64,000 bases of DNA, taken from a virus. Numbering within the stretch: the stretch's first letter is position 1; each line of letters starts with the position of its first letter. The stretch covers positions 7,522 through 71,521 of IMG/VR virus record IMGVR_UViG_3300031857_000111. One strand, given 5' to 3'. The notes beneath the pieces were generated by a model. That model had not been told where the DNA came from and searched no databases. It was given only the letters and a program-made list of their open reading frames with translations. This document shows, in pieces, positions 63,052 through 64,000 of the stretch. Both the position numbers and the translations under genes were made by a program.

Positions 63052-63813
63052 ATGTCATGTGATGCCAAAGAGTGTCAGGATGTAGCAAGGCCGCTGATTA
63101 GCCGTGCGGAGGCTAAAGCAGCGGGGTTGAAGCGTTACTTTACGGGGGTGCCTTGTAGCAAGGGGCATGTTGCGGAGAGGTTTGTGAGTGAGCGGAACTG
63201 TCATGAATGTCTTTTGGAAAGGGGTCGCCGTTACCGCGATGAAAACCCGGAGAAGGCGAAGGAAAGGGATCGGCGTTGGCGCGAAGAGAACGCCGAGAAG
63301 GAGAAGGAACGTAGGCGCCGTTACCGCGAAGAAAACCCGGAGAAAGCATACAAGCACCGTTACTACGAAGAAAATCTGGAGAAGGAGAAGCAACGCAGGC
63401 GCCGTTACCGCGAAGAAAATCTGGAGAAGGTGAAGGAAAAGGATCGGCGTTGGCGCGAAAAGAACACTGAGAAGGTGAAGGAAAATAGTCGCCGCCGCCG
63501 CGCCAAAAAGAAAGGCGCAGATGGCCATTACACCGTGGCCGATTGCCGTCGCATCTACGCCGAGCAAGAAGGTATTTGCCTGGGCTGTAAGAAGCCTTTT
63601 CCTTTTGAACAGATGACCGCAGATCACATTGTTGCTTTGGTTAATGGGGGGTCAAATTGGCCGAGCAACATTCAGATGCTTTGTAAATCTTGCAATTCTA
63701 GTAAGGGGACGAAAGACGACGAGACCTTTAAGTTTTTGCGAGACCTTCAAATGCTTCGGGCTGAGTTGCGCGGCCCACTCCGCTGCGAAGCTGTTTCCGA
63801 AAACGATGAATAG
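63052..63813 (+). CDS. HNH endonuclease with N-terminal Zn motif and 15-aa charged repeats
   Basis: RYFTGVPCSKGH..RFV..CHEC; CLGC...DHIVAL..GGSN..NIQMLCKSCNSSKG. Confidence 0.88.
   Translation: MSCDAKECQDVARPLISRAEAKAAGLKRYFTGVPCSKGHVAERFVSERNCHECLLERGRRYRDENPEKAKERDRRWREENAEKEKERRRRYREENPEKAYKHRYYEENLEKEKQRRRRYREENLEKVKEKDRRWREKNTEKVKENSRRRRAKKKGADGHYTVADCRRIYAEQEGICLGCKKPFPFEQMTADHIVALVNGGSNWPSNIQMLCKSCNSSKGTKDDETFKFLRDLQMLRAELRGPLRCEAVSENDE
63226..63490 (+). repeat. About six 45-nt tandem repeats encoding RR(Y/W)REENxEKxKExx
   Basis: CGCCGTTACCGCGA and CGGCGTTGGCGCGAA units recur. Confidence 0.85.
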
Positions 63814-64000
63814 GTCTGAAATTTTTTGGGGGCAGGGTGTTTTGCTTTTCAGACGTGTCCGCACATTTCCAAAGGCTCTATAGCAAGCAAGTGGGAGTAG
63901 GGCCGATCGTATACGATACGACGTATACCATCATGGGTCCCCGCCGCATCCATAAGCCAAGCCTTATTTTTCCATAATGCTGATTAGCGGCACAAGCGCG

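Noticed and set aside
63905-63932. Short palindrome ATCGTATACGAT as a cos/pac site
   Set aside because: It is too short, sits at the window edge and has no supporting evidence.
1-64000. Prophage or temperate lifestyle
   Set aside because: No integrase, repressor, partition genes or host flanks are seen in the window. The unseen remainder cannot be judged.

Overview
The window is most of a ~55% GC tailed dsDNA phage (siphovirus-type) genome. The host is probably an alphaproteobacterium (GapR/DUF2312, DUF1194 and GcrA-like genes; inference). No integrase or repressor is visible. Layout: terminase genes (-, 1-3191); head block portal/Maf-like/scaffold/capsid (+, 3331-7889); five tRNAs, lysis, tail and head-tail genes (-, 7950-28796); a glycosyltransferase/FkbM cluster, replication and nucleotide genes (-, 28843-53356); small early genes, primase-helicase, a repeat-rich putative origin, an exonuclease and an HNH (+, 53463-63813). 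Top observations: (1) The large terminase is broken into two ORFs inside an intein, giving a 75-aa N-intein and a 367-aa C-intein that keeps a LAGLIDADG endonuclease. The second ORF is missing from the supplied track and was translated by hand. (2) A dispersed glycosylation toolkit (Maf-like transferase inside the head operon, CDI/GT8-like GT, second GT, FkbM, Gmd) suggests virion glycosylation. (3) A pseudoknot lies upstream of the SSB gene, and the capsid gene has a structured leader. (4) A tandem array of small genes alternates constant and variable segments. (5) A class 3 intein sits in the SNF2 helicase, and the tail chaperone probably uses a +1/-2 frameshift. All calls come from motif recognition by eye; no searches were run.
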